Under the pieces are notes generated by a model. That model did no database searches, was not told where the DNA came from, and saw only the letters and a program-made list of their open reading frames with translations. This document shows, piece after piece, positions 48,913-60,894 of a stretch of 64,000 nucleotides of DNA. Both the position numbers and the translations under genes were made by a program. The DNA is from Scyliorhinus canicula (taxonomy: Eukaryota): assembly GCF_902713615.1 (NCBI RefSeq), contig NC_052157.1, positions 56,819,790 through 56,883,789 on the forward strand. Direction: 5' to 3'. The first letter of the stretch is position 1. Every line of letters begins with the position of its first letter.

Positions 48913-49500
48913 AGACCCATGACCCCACCACCAAGCATCAAGCCATTGTTTCGATGACTATCCCTGCCCTCATCTCCTCTGGAGATCTTCCCTCACGGCT
49001 TCCAACCTCATAATCTCCAAACCCCAGGCAGCCCGGTTCTACCTCCTCCCCAAAATCCACAAACAGGACTGTCCTGGTCAGTCAGTCTGCTCCAGACCTA
49101 TCAAACTCATTTCTTCCTGCCTTGATTCCATACTCCTCTTATCCAGTCCCTTCCCACCTCCATCTGTGATTCCTCTGATGCCCTACATCATATCATCAAC
49201 TTCCAGTTCCCCGGCCCTAGCTGCCTCCTCTTTACCATGGATGTCCAACCCGTCTATACCTCCATTCCCCAGCAGGATGGTCTGAGAGCTCTCCGCTTCT
49301 TCCTCGGACAGAGGCCCAAACAATCCCCATCCACCGCCACACTCCGCCTGGCTGAACTGATCACTCACTCAACAATTTCTCCTTTAACATGTCTCATTTC
49401 CTCCAAGCCAAACTTGTGGCTATGGGTATCCACATGGGTCCCAGTTTTGCCGTCTCTTTATGGGGTATGTGGAACATTCCTTGTTCCTGTCCTACTCTGG
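48913..49500 (+). mobile_element. Penelope-like RT remnant
   Basis: HDPTTKHQAIVS...LISSGDLPS, ARFYLLPKIHKQDCPG, FTMDVQPVYTSIPQQDGLRALRFFL. Confidence 0.8.
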
Positions 49501-49997
49501 CCAAAACTCTTGAATCGGTCTATCAAACTTTATTACTAACACAATATTAAAATATCTTTAGCATCACACCAGAAAATAACTGACAATTACCCCTTAAACA
49601 ATGCTAATCAATACAGTGACACAATAACCCTTAACTGCTATCTTTATTCCTACTCAAACAACAAAACCATCTCAGCTCTCAATCCACTTTCAAATACAGT
49701 TAGAACTCAGGAATATCTGCTGTACAAAGATAAAGGCCTGAATCCTGTCAGAACCATGCAGAAACTCTGCCTGTATTTTTTCAGAAGCTGCTTCCCAGCT
49801 CTCCTTCTAACAAGGCAATTCTGAACTGCTGGGAAATAAGCTGTTAATCTGTCTGCAGGCATATCTTTAATTGAACTGCAGTGAGAGCAAATGCTCACAT
49901 CCCAATCTAAAATTCAACTAAAACTGCTTTTCTGCAAAATGCCTGTCTCTTAGATCCTCTCACTAATTACATCACCTGACCAGGGTAAAATGTAATT

Positions 49998-50230
49998 CTT
50001 TTCTTTTTTTAAATAAATTTAGAGTACCCAATTATTTTTTCTATTAAGGGGCAATTTAGCGTGGCCAATCCACCTACTCTGCACATTTTTTGGGTTGTGG
50101 GGGCGAAACCCACGTAGACACGGGGAGAATGTGAAAACTCCACATGGACAGTGACCCAGAGCCGGGATCGAACCTGGGACCTCAGCGCCGTGAGGCAGCT
50201 GTGCTAACCACTAGGCCACCGTGCTGCCCT
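49998..50230 (-). mobile_element. V-SINE, short A-rich tail, exact 15 bp TSD
   Basis: GGGTAAAATGTAATT at 49983-49997 and 50231-50245. Confidence 0.92.
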
Positions 50231-50410
50231 GGGTAAAATGTAATTGACTTCACATTAAGGAAACACCCTTAATCCAAATAAAACTTGATTACCTTTTGAA
50301 TCTGCTTCCTTCGACCTTTTAGGCAGCACCATCGAGATCACAACAACTCACTGTGCATAAAATGACAATTCTCCATATCGCAGCCCCCCACCCACTACTC
50401 CCCCACTCAA

Positions 50411-50707
50411 AGAACAGAGAACATACAGTGCAGAAGGAGGCCATTCGGCCCATCAAGTCTGCACCAACCCACTTAAGCCCTCACTTCCACCCTATCCCCA
50501 AACCCAATAACACCTCCTCACCTTTTTGGTCACTAAGGTCAATTTATCATGGCGTATCCACCGAACCTGCACATCTTTGGACTGTGGGAGGGAACCCACG
50601 CAGACACAGGGAGAACATGCAGACTCCGCACAGACAGTGACCCAGTGGGGAACCGAACCTTGGACCCTGGCGCTGTGAAGCCATGGTGCTATCCACTTGT
50701 GCTGCCT
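50411..50707 (-). mobile_element. HE1-type V-SINE
   Basis: Head, V-domain and CR1-type tail. Confidence 0.85.
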
Positions 50708-51145
50708 GTACGCAGCCCTCCCCACCCCAGCTCTTTTCCTGATTCTCTTCAATCTGTGCCCCCTCTGGTTAGCGAGCCTCCTCCCGCTGGGAAACACTTT
50801 CTCTTCATCAACTCCATCCAAACCCCCCTCAGCATTTTGAATGTTCGATTCAATCTTCCCTCATAATCTTCTCCGCTCTGAGGAGAACTATCCCAGCTTC
50901 TCCCAGTCTCTCCACATGAACTGAAGCCCCCTCATCCCTGGATGCATTCCTAGAAACATAACTCCCCACCATCTCCGAAGCTCTCTAATTCTTCCCAAAG
51001 CATGACATTCCAACATTTGGACTCAATCGTTTTGATGGGATCACAGGTGGTAATTTGAATAAAGCGTTTAAAGATAGCATGCTGATTTGATGGCAAGTCA
51101 GCTCTGATTGGTTGCTGCAGAGCAAAGGAGAATGCACAAGAGAAC

Positions 51146-51930
51146 GCTCCCTATCTCTGTAACCTCCTCCAGCCCCGACAACCCTCCCTATCTCTGTAAC
51201 CGCCTCCAACCTCTACAACCCTCCCTATCTCTGTAACCTCTTTCAGCCCCGACAACCCTCCCTATCTCTGTAACCTCCTCCAGCCCTTACAACCCTCCCT
51301 ATCTCTGTAACCTCTTTCAGCCCCGACAAACCCTCCCAATCTCTGTAACCTCCTCCAACCCCTACAACCCTCCCCATCTCTGTAACTTCCTCCAGCCCCC
51401 CACAGCCCTCCCTATCTCTGTAACCTCCTGCAGCCCCGATAACTTCTCCCCTGAATCAAAGTTTCCCTTCAGTGAACCCCCACCCTACTTCACCTTTTGA
51501 CACTAAGGGCAATTTAGTATGGCCAATCCACCCAACCTGTAGAGCTTTGAACTGTGGGAGGAAACCGGAGCACCCGGAGGAAACTCAGACAGACACTGGG
51601 GAATTTGGAAACTCCACAGTGCGTCACCTGAGGTCCAAATCAAACCTGGGTCCCTGGCACTGTTAGGCAACGGTGCTAACCACTGTACCGACGTGCCACC
51701 CATAACACCCCTCCCTATCTCTGTAACCTCCTTCTGCCCCTATAATCCTTCCTATCTCTGCCTTCTCCTCCAGCACCCACAACCCCCTATCTCTATAACC
51801 TCCTCCAGCCCCTACAACCCTCCCTATCTCTGTGACTTCCTCTAACCCCTATAACCCTCCCTATCTCTGTGACTTCCTCCAGCCCCTAACAACCATCCCA
51901 ATATCTCGAACCTCCTCCGATCCTGACAAC
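51146..51930. repeat. Same 36-37 bp minisatellite in inverted (C-rich) orientation, split by a SINE (~51476-51700, minus)
   Basis: CCCTCCCTATCTCTGTAACCTCCTCCAGCCCCTACAA units. Confidence 0.92.
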
Positions 51931-52036
51931 CCACCCTGTCACCAGTTTCTGTTGTGAGGTTTGGTGTGTGAATGTGTGTAAGTGTGGGAGCTGTTCTATC
52001 ACTGATTCCAAAATCCCTCATGCTTTCTTACCCCAG

Positions 52037-52390
52037 GTTGTCTCCATGGTGATCTGGTGGTTGTCCAGGAACCCTCATTCATCAGTGGATTAAAGGGACA
52101 GTCTGTCACGCTGTATTGCAGCTACACGTCTGATGGCGAGGACGTCTTCCGAAGTGTGGTCTACTGGGCATTCAAGGAGGGCAAAGCCCCCACAGTGATC
52201 CACCCCGCACCTCCCCCTCGCTACCAAAACCGGGTGAAGTTCAGCAAATACAACGGGAGCGTCAACACCACATTTCAAATCCACCCCCTTCAACTGAAGG
52301 ACACAGAGACATATTATTGCTACATCTCATTCCTGGTGGGAGAACAGACCTTCACCAAGGAAGGGGCGGGGACAAGGCTGTTTGTCCATG
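52037..52390 (+). CDS. Ig V-set exon, germline-joined VJ type (NCR3/NKp30-like or antigen-receptor-like IgSF receptor)
   Basis: Acceptor TTTCTTACCCCAG|, donor G|GTAGGT, phase 1-1, 354 nt open. Canonical residues: Q6, GQSVTLYC (B-strand Cys), VVYW (C-strand Trp), RYQNRV, FQIHPLQLKD, DTETYYC (F-strand Cys), J-like GAGTRLFV. Confidence 0.93.
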
Positions 52391-52749
52391 GTAGGTGTGG
52401 CACTGATAGCCCATTACACAAAAGTGTCTATCACTACCTCAGGATTTCCCAAAGTGTTTCACAGCCTCCTTGTGAGTGCACAAATTGAGACTAGGAACAT
52501 GAGATTATTTATACAAAGACACCAGAGCTCAGTTGTGTTTTGCTCAAAAGCAAAAGTCAAATTAAGATGGAATTACATGACACACATCCCTTCTAGTGAT
52601 GTCCTGCTGTTATCCCTTAAAGGCATGTTGCAACATTCCACTTTCTTTTCAATGATACTCCCTCTCCTTCCTAAGGACTACATCTATTGACAAGACATGT
52701 TCACATTTAGTTGCCATTACAGAAGTGTATTGAGCCAATGAATCTATGA

Positions 52750-53560
52750 GTCGCTAAAGTGTTGAGGTAATCTGCTGCTACGCCCAGATCTTGTAATGGA
52801 GACCTTTTCTGGGGGTTTCTTTCATTGCTGTCTGTGATGTGTGGGATTGTCATTGTTGGTTTAATTTGGTATCTTGTGCACGATGCATTAGGACTGTAAG
52901 GTGGGTGAGGAGCTTGAATGGATCTGGTTTGTCCTCACTTATGTCTCATTGCCTTTGTGTGTGATGACTTCATTGGACCCTGGTTCTGAACAAATTCTTG
53001 TCACCTCAGCTGGTTGTCACTAACCTTCTGTGGGATCCTGGATGTCAACTTGTCCCAGTTGTAAACTTGCCAGTTCTGTGCCTCCATTGTTATCATGCAG
53101 GTTGGCCACCTTCTCTTGCAGTTTTACAAGTTGTTCTCTAGTTTCTGAGACAGTAGAACGAGTCAGAGTGGGTAAATTGGTGTGCACCAGTCTGTCAAAT
53201 ATTAGCTCTGCCAGTGATGTAATAGTTGCACTTAAAGATGTTTCTCTCAGATGTAAGATTGAAGTGAGTAGATCTTGCTTGTTGTGTCTACATTTGAGGA
53301 TGAGGGATTCCATCGTGCAAACCATTAACTTAACCAGACCTTTAAACCTAGGGTAATGAAGAGAAGAAGCAGTGTGATTTATATTACACTTCTCACACAT
53401 ATCTCACCAATAGATTGCAGACCATTACCTGTAATGATCTCTAGGAAAATAAACTGAAAATAATACTTATAGTCTGGGCAACAGTTGTATTTGCCATATT
53501 GTGAAATTGTTGAATAATGGGGTACTTGGTAAAGCCGATGACAATGATGATTAAGTCAGT
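52750..53560 (-). mobile_element. Gypsy integrase remnant
   Basis: CEKCNINHTASSLHYPRFKGLVKLMV...LHLRETSL...LAELIFDRLVHTNLP. Confidence 0.75.
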
Positions 53561-53689
53561 GCCGTTGACATGAATGAGATTACGTACTATTTTGGTCAAA
53601 GAATAGGAAGGAACATCATGTGGAATCAGCGGTACTTTATGCCATATGCTCTAGACATGCCTAAAACTTCTTGATGATGAATTAATTGA

Positions 53690-56600
53690 CATAAGAACAT
53701 AAGAACATAAGAACTAGGAGCAGGAGTAGGCCATCTGACCCCTCGAGCCTGCTCCGCCATTCAATGAGATCATGGCTAATCTTTTGTGGACTCAGCTCCA
53801 CTTTCCGGCCCGATCACCATAACCCTTAAACCCTTTATTCTTCAAAAAACTATCTATCTTTACCTTAAAAACATGTAATGAAGGAGCCTCAACTGCTTCA
53901 CTGGGCAAGGAATTCCATAGATTCACAACCCTTTGGGTGAAGAAGTTCCTCCTAAACTCAGTCCTAAATCTACTTCCCCTTATTTTGAGGCTATGTCCCC
54001 TAGTTCTGCTTTCACCCGCCAGTGGAAACGACCTGCCCGCATCTATCCTATCTATTCCCTTCATAATTTTAAATGTTTCTATAAGATCCCCCCTCATCCT
54101 TCTAAATTCTAACGAGTACAGTCCCAGTCTACTCAACCTCTCCTCATAATCCAACCCCTTCAGATCTGGGATTAACCTAGTGAATCTCCTCTGCACACCC
54201 TCCAGTGCCAGTACGTCCTTTCTCAAGTAAGGAGACCAAAACTGAACACAATACTCCAGGTGTGGCCTCACTAACACCTTATACAATTGCAACATAACCT
54301 CCCTAGTCTTAAACTCCATCCCTCTAGCAATGAAGGACAAAATTCCATTTGCCTTCTTAATTACCTGTTGCACCTGTAAACCAACTTTCTGTGACTCATG
54401 CACTAGCACACTCAGGTCTCTCTGCACAGCGGCATGCTTGAATATTTCGTCATTTAAATAATAATCCCGTTTGCTGTTATTCCTACCAAAATGGATAAAC
54501 TCACATTTGTCAACACTGTATTCCATCTGCCAGACCCTAGCCCATTCACTTAACCTATCCAAATCCCTCTGCAGACTTCCAGTATCCTCTGCACTTTTCG
54601 CTTTACCACTCATCTTAGTGTCATCTGCAAACTTGGACACATTGCCCTTGGTCCCCAACTCCAAATCATCTATGTAAATTGTGAACAATTGTGGGCCCAA
54701 CACGGATCCCTGAGGGACACCACTAGCTACTGATTGTCAACAAGAGAAACACCCATTAATCCCCACTCTTTGTTTTCTATTAATTAACCAATCCTCTATC
54801 CATGCTACTACTTTACCCTTAATGCCATGCATCTTTATCTTCTGCAGCAACCTTTTGTGTGGCACCTTGTCAAAGGCTTTCTGGAAATCCAGATATACCA
54901 CATCCATTGGCTCCCCGTTATCTACTGCACTGGTAATGTCCTCAATAAATTCCACTAAATTAGTTAGGCATGACCTGCCCTTTATGAACCCATGCTGCGT
55001 CTGCCCAATGGGACAATTTCTATCCAGATGCCTCGCTATTTCTTCCTTGATGATAGATTCTAGCATCTTTCCTACTACTGAAGTTAAGCTCACTGGCCTA
55101 TAGTTTCCTGCTCTCTGCCTACCTCCTTTTTTAAACAGTGGTGTCACGTTTGCTAATTTACAATCCACCGGGACCACCCCAGAGTCTAGTGAATTTTGGT
55201 AAATCATCATTAGTGCATCTGCAATTTCCCTAGCCATTTCTCTTAGCACTCTGGGATGCATTCCATCAGGGCCAGGAGACTTGTCTATCTTTAGCCCCAT
55301 TAGCTTTCCCATCACTACCTCCTTAGTGATAACAATCCTCTCTAGGTCCTCACCTGCCATAGCCTCATTTCTATCAGTCGCTGGCATTTTATTTGTGTCT
55401 TCCACTGTGAAGACAGACCCAAAAAACCTGTTCAGTTTCTCAGCCATTTCCTCATCTCCCATTATTAAAACTCCCTTCTCATCCTCTAAAGGACCAATAT
55501 TTACCTTAGCCACTCTTTTTTGTTTTATATATTTGTAAAAACGTTTACTGTCTGTTTTTACATTCTGAGCAAGTTTATTCTCATACTCTATCTTACTCTT
55601 CTTTATAGCTTTTTTAGTAGCTTTCTGTTGCCCCCTAAAAATTTCCCAGTCCTCTAGTCTCCCACCAATCTTTGCCACTTTATATGCTTTTCCCTTCAAT
55701 TTGATACTCTCCCTTATTTCCTTAGATATCCACGGTCGATTTTCCCTTTTTCTACCGTCCTTCCTTTTTGTTGGTATAAAACTTTGCTGAGCACTGTGAA
55801 AAATCGCTTGGAAGGTTCTCCACTGTTCCTCAACTGTTCCACCATAAAGTCTTTGCTCCCAGTCTACCTTAGCTAGTTCTTCTCTCATCCCATTGTAATC
55901 TCCTTTGTTTAAACACAAAACACTATTATTTGATTTTACATTCTCACCCTCCATCTGTATTTTAAATTCCACCATATTGTGATCGCTCCTTCCGAGAGGA
56001 TCCCTAACTATGAGATCATGAATCAATCCTGTCTCATTACACAGGACAAGATCTAGGACCGCTTGTTCCCTCATAGGCTCCATTACATACTGTTCTAGGA
56101 AACTATCGCGGATACATTCTATAAACTCCTCCTCAAGGTTGCCTTGACCGACCTGGTTAAACCAATCGACATGTAGATTAAAATCCCACATGATAACTGC
56201 TGTACCATTTCTACATGCATCAGTTATTTCTTTGTTTATTGCCTGCCCCACCATAACGTTACTATTTGGTGGCCGATAGACAACTCCTATCAGTGACTTT
56301 TTCGCCTTACCATTCCTGATTTCCACTCAAATGGATTCAACCTTATCCTCCATAGCACCGATGTCATCCCTTACTATTGCCCGGATGTCATCCTTAAATA
56401 ACAGAGCAACACCACCTCCCTTACCATCCACTCTGTCCTTCTAAATAGTTTGATACCCTCGGATATTTATCTCCCAGTCGTGACCATCTTTTAACAATGT
56501 TTCAGTAATGGCCATTAAATCATAGTCATTCACGATGATTTGTGCCATCAACTCATTTACTTTATTCCGAATACTACGAGCATTCAGGTAAAGTACACTT

Positions 56601-56870
56601 ATGATGGGTTTTTTAACCTCTGTTTTGAACCTTAACATCTCCAGTTTTATTCCTTTTAGTATTACTGGGCCTATTCACTGAGCTCCCCTCAGTCACTGTA
56701 CCTTGTACTGTCGCCCTTTTTGATTTTTGACTATGTCTTCTCTGCCTTGCACTTTTCCCCTTACTTCCTTTTGCTTCTGTCCCTGTTTTACTACCTTCCA
56801 ACTTCCTGCCACACTAGTTTATACCCTCCCCAACAGCTCTAGAAAACACCCCTCCTAGGACATCGGTTTA
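53690..56870 (-). mobile_element. Young CR1 LINE: ORF2 in one frame (~56600-53792) with three premature stops; ORF1 largely deleted
   Basis: ORFs 56441-56638, 54737-56326 and 53792-54703 share a frame; APE (LYLNARSI, ITET, DFN, SDHN) and RT (QHGF, GVPQGSVLGP, FADD) motifs; (TTCTTATG)n tail. Confidence 0.97.
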
Positions 56871-56879
56871 TGCTGGGGT

Positions 56880-57900
56880 AATAGACTGCCTCTCTTGTGA
56901 GTCGTCTCATTGGACCTATGACCATGTGCGAATAATGAAGTAGTTGAAGAATATCAGATCACAAAGATTCCGGTGTGAGGACCTGCCTGCCTTTAAAGAT
57001 GATTCCCCGGGAGATGCCGAGCTCGTCCCGATAAGGTCAAAATTGGTCTCACACATTTCGGGACATGCTGGATTGAGTCTGGTCATCCTTTGATGACGGT
57101 TTTCGACATTTTCTGTGATGTGGAACTTTTTGCTGCTCCTGTGTGAAACTGCCGGCCCTTGAATTGTGCAGAAATGCGGCAGATCAATGGACATTCTCCT
57201 GCAAGCGTAATGTCACAACGCCCTTGAAACTGCCAACTTTGGCGACATATTCCAGACGCGCCGAAACGTCATGAAACGAGGATGAGAGGAGTGGTTTCTG
57301 AGGTTGACCCGCCTTTGTGAGATCTGGCGAATTCCAAGGATTGTGACTAATGCGAGGTCACGTCATGCCAGTAGAGTTGTGACCACCGGATCTTTAATCT
57401 CTAGAATATCAGTGATACCCGGGAGCACTCCAGCACTGAGAGACCCAAACCCCACAACACAAAGATGTGCAGGGTACGGGGATTGGACATGTCAAATTGC
57501 CCCTTAATTGGAAAAAAAACAAATTGGTAGCTTAAATTTATAAAACTTAACAATTGCGAGACCCGGGCATGGAATTAGCGAACCGCTATGCATTGTAAGT
57601 TTCACAGCAGTAGGTTTTACTGTGGCCTCCAGCTTCTGTAGTGCATGTCTTGTGGAATTCATGGGGACGTGGGTGGAGAGAAGGAGAGTATGTTGACACT
57701 CACCACCATGTCATCTTGGCCAATCTTGTCAACTTTCTTCAGGCAGATAATTTGAATCTTGGTGACCATTTGGACAGTGTGATGGTATCCCTTTTCGTAC
57801 TGGATTCACGGCGTGAGATTGTCAGGCGATTGCAGCATGCACAGTTGTCGCGCAGACTTCAAGTGATATATTCAGTTCATTCAGTATGCCCGGGTTGACT
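56880..57900 (-). mobile_element. Gypsy pol remnant (integrase Zn region and upstream pol), with a SINE fragment at ~57425-57545
   Basis: PYRDELGISRGIIFKGRQVLTPESL*SDILQLLHYSHM; probably the same element as 52750-53560. Confidence 0.65.
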
Positions 57901-59334
57901 GTCACAGATAGCAGTTCATGACTTGTTGGTCAACCATTTCAGGATCTGAGTGAGAAGTGGAATATTGATCGACCCTCGCCAACTCATCGGGCACGTCAAA
58001 TTCGGGGTCTAGATTGTCAATTGTCTCATGCAAATTTACCACCCTGTGCGAGAAGTGGTTCCTCCTTTTCTCAGTTCTAAATCTACCACCTCTGAACCCA
58101 TATCTAAGACCTTGCATTCTAGATTGCTCCACAAAGGGGAACACTTAGTCTATTTACTTTATCAATTCCTTTTAGCATTTTGTAAATCTCATACAAATCC
58201 CCTCTCATCCTTCTAAACTCCAGCGAGTATAAACCCAAACTGTTTAACCTCTCCTCATACGTCAATCCTTTCATCCCCAGAATTTATCTGGTGAACCTCC
58301 ACTGAACTGCCTCAAATGGCACCACATCCTTCCTCAAATAAGGAGCCCAAAACTGGACACAATACTCCAGATGTAGCCTCACCAACACACTATACAATTG
58401 CAACAACACTTCCCTACTTTCAAACCCCAGTCCTTTTGCAATAAATGCTAACATTCCATTTGCCTTTTTAATTACATGCTGTACCTGCATGCTGACTTTC
58501 TGTGATTCATGAACAAAGACACACAGATCCCTCTGCGCAGACGCATTTTGAATCTGCTTTCCATTTAAATAATAATTTGCTTACCTATTTTCAAAATAGA
58601 TAACCTCATACTTATCTATATTAAACCCATCTGCCAGATTTTGGCCCAATCTCCGAGCCTATCTATATCCATCTGTAAACTCTTTATCTCCTCTCACTGC
58701 CTGCTTTCTCACCTATTTTAGTATCATCCACAAATTTTACTATGTTACCCTCTGTCCCAACTTGCAGATCATTTATATAAATTGTAAACAGTTGAGATTT
58801 GAGGACTGACCCCAGCGGACTCCCGCTAGTAATAGTTCATCAACTAGAGAAGCTTCCATTTATCCCGACCCCCTTTCTGTCAATCAGCCAATCCTCAATC
58901 CAATCCAGTACTCTCCTCCAATCCCCTGCGATCTCACCTTCTGGATAAGTCTTTTATGCGGCACCTTGTCAAACACCTTCTGGAACTCCAGATATACCAC
59001 ATCCACAGGTTCCCCATTATCCACCTTGCTGTTTACTTCATCAAAGAACTCAAGCTAGTTTGTCAGGCATGATTTACCCTTCATAAAACCATGCTAACAA
59101 TGGTGGATTGAGCTTTGTCTTTCCAAATGTTCAGTCATCTTCTCCTTAATGATTGGTTCCAGCAACTTCCCCACCAAGCTAACCGGTCTATAGTTTCCTA
59201 CTTTTTGCCTCTCTCCATTTTTGAATAGGGCATCACATTAACGTGTTTCCAATCCACCGAGTCTCTTCCAGAATCCAGGGAATTCTGAAATATCATAACC
59301 CATGCATCCTCTATCTCTGCTGCCACCTCCTTAA

Positions 59335-59706
59335 TCATAGAATCATAGAATCATAGAATCATAGAATCATAGAATCATAGCATCACTACAGTGCAGAAGG
59401 AGGCCATTCGGCCCATTGAGTCTACACTGACCATCTCAAAGAACAGCCTACATATGCCCACGGCCCACCCTATCCCTGTAACCCAATAACTCCACCTAAC
59501 CTTTTGAGCACTAAGGGGCAATTTAACATGGCCGATCCACCTAACCTGCACATCTTTGGAATGTGGGAGGAAACTGGAGCACCTGGAGGAAACCCACGCA
59601 GACACGAGGAGAATATACAAACTCTACACAGCCAGTGATCCAAGGCAGAAATCGAACCCGGATCCCAAGTTCTGTGAAGTAGCAGTGTTAACCACTGTGC
59701 CACTGT
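59335..59706 (-). mobile_element. HE1-type V-SINE with (TTCTATGA)n tail
   Basis: Six ATCATAGA-type repeats, V-domain and head. Confidence 0.88.
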
Positions 59707-60215
59707 GGGCAGACCATCAGGTCCCATGGATTTATCTGTCTTAAATCCCGTCAGTTTTTTCAATACTGTCCCCCTAGTGATGGTTAATGCACCATGTTCC
59801 TCTGCATTAACTGTAGTTGTTGGAAAATCTTTATTGCCTTCTGCCATGAAGTCAGAGACAACATATTGGTTCATTGCCTCTGCCATCTCTGTGTTCCCAA
59901 ATTATTACCTCACCAGTATCATCCTCTAAAGGGCCAACATTTACTTTCGCTGTTCTCTTCCTCTTTATATACTTATAGAAACTCTTGGTATTAATGTTTT
60001 ATGCTAGTTTCCTTTCGTAGTTCATTTCAGCTCTTTTGATTTTATTTTTAGTAGGCTTTTGTTGAAGCTTAAAGTTCTCCTAATCCCCCACCTTAACACT
60101 AGCCTTTGCAGTATGGTATTCCATAATTTTGGGCTTTTATGTTTTCCTTGACTTCCTTGTTCAGCAATTGAACATTTTTCTCCCTTTTACAATTCCTCTT
60201 CTTTTCAGGAATATA

Positions 60216-60894
60216 GGGCGCGATTCTCCCAAAACGGGAGAAATCGTAAGGCTGGCGTCAAACCCGGTCCCCGGTCGGGGCTAGCAGCCCGACGCCGTAA
60301 GCTCCGGCATCACAGGCTTAACGAATTTCGTTAAGCCCGCTTGCCGGAGTTAGCGCCGGCTGACGCGTCATATGACGTCAGCCGCGCATGCGCGGATTGG
60401 AAGACTCCAACCCGCGCATGCGCGGATGACGTCATCGCGTATTTGCGCGAAACCCGCGCATGTGCGGGCCGGGATGCCCCTCAGCCGCCCCGCGAATGGA
60501 TACTGCGGGGCGGCGGAAGGAGAAATAGTGCGCGGGCATCGGGCCCGCTGCCCGCGATCGGTGCCCACCGATCGCGGGCCCAAGGCACCCTTGGCACGGC
60601 CGTGGTATTGCCGTGCCAATCGGTGCCATGGTTATAAAAAGCGAGTTGTTCCCGCCGTTTTTATGAACGGCCAGACCAGGTGTGTTTGCCGTTCGTAAAA
60701 ACAGCGTAAAGGGCTGGGACTTCGGCCCATCTATCAGCTGTGAATCGCTGCCGGCCGTAAAAAAACGGCGGCAGCGATTCGTGTCGGGAGTTGGGCGGGG
60801 GGGGGGGGTGGAGAATAGCGGGAGGGCGGGAAAAATGTCAGGAAGGCTCTCCCGCTATTCTCCGACCCGTCGTGGGGGGCGGAGAATCACGCCC
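60216..60894. mobile_element. Harbinger-type MITE (CpG-rich)
   Basis: TIRs GGGCGCGATTCTCC...GGAGAATCACGCCC; 3 bp TSD ATA. Confidence 0.9.

Noticed and set aside
52191-52231. RSS-like motif inside the V exon: perfect heptamer CACAGTG and ACCAAAACC (8/9 nonamer)
   Set aside because: The spacer is 25 nt, not 12 or 23 +/-1, and it lies in the C'-C'' region rather than at the V-J boundary; it is explained by the codons for PTV and YQN.
52057-52488. ORF-track 143 aa protein as a complete gene
   Set aside because: It starts at a GTG inside the exon and reads through the GTAGGT donor; the spliced model fits better.
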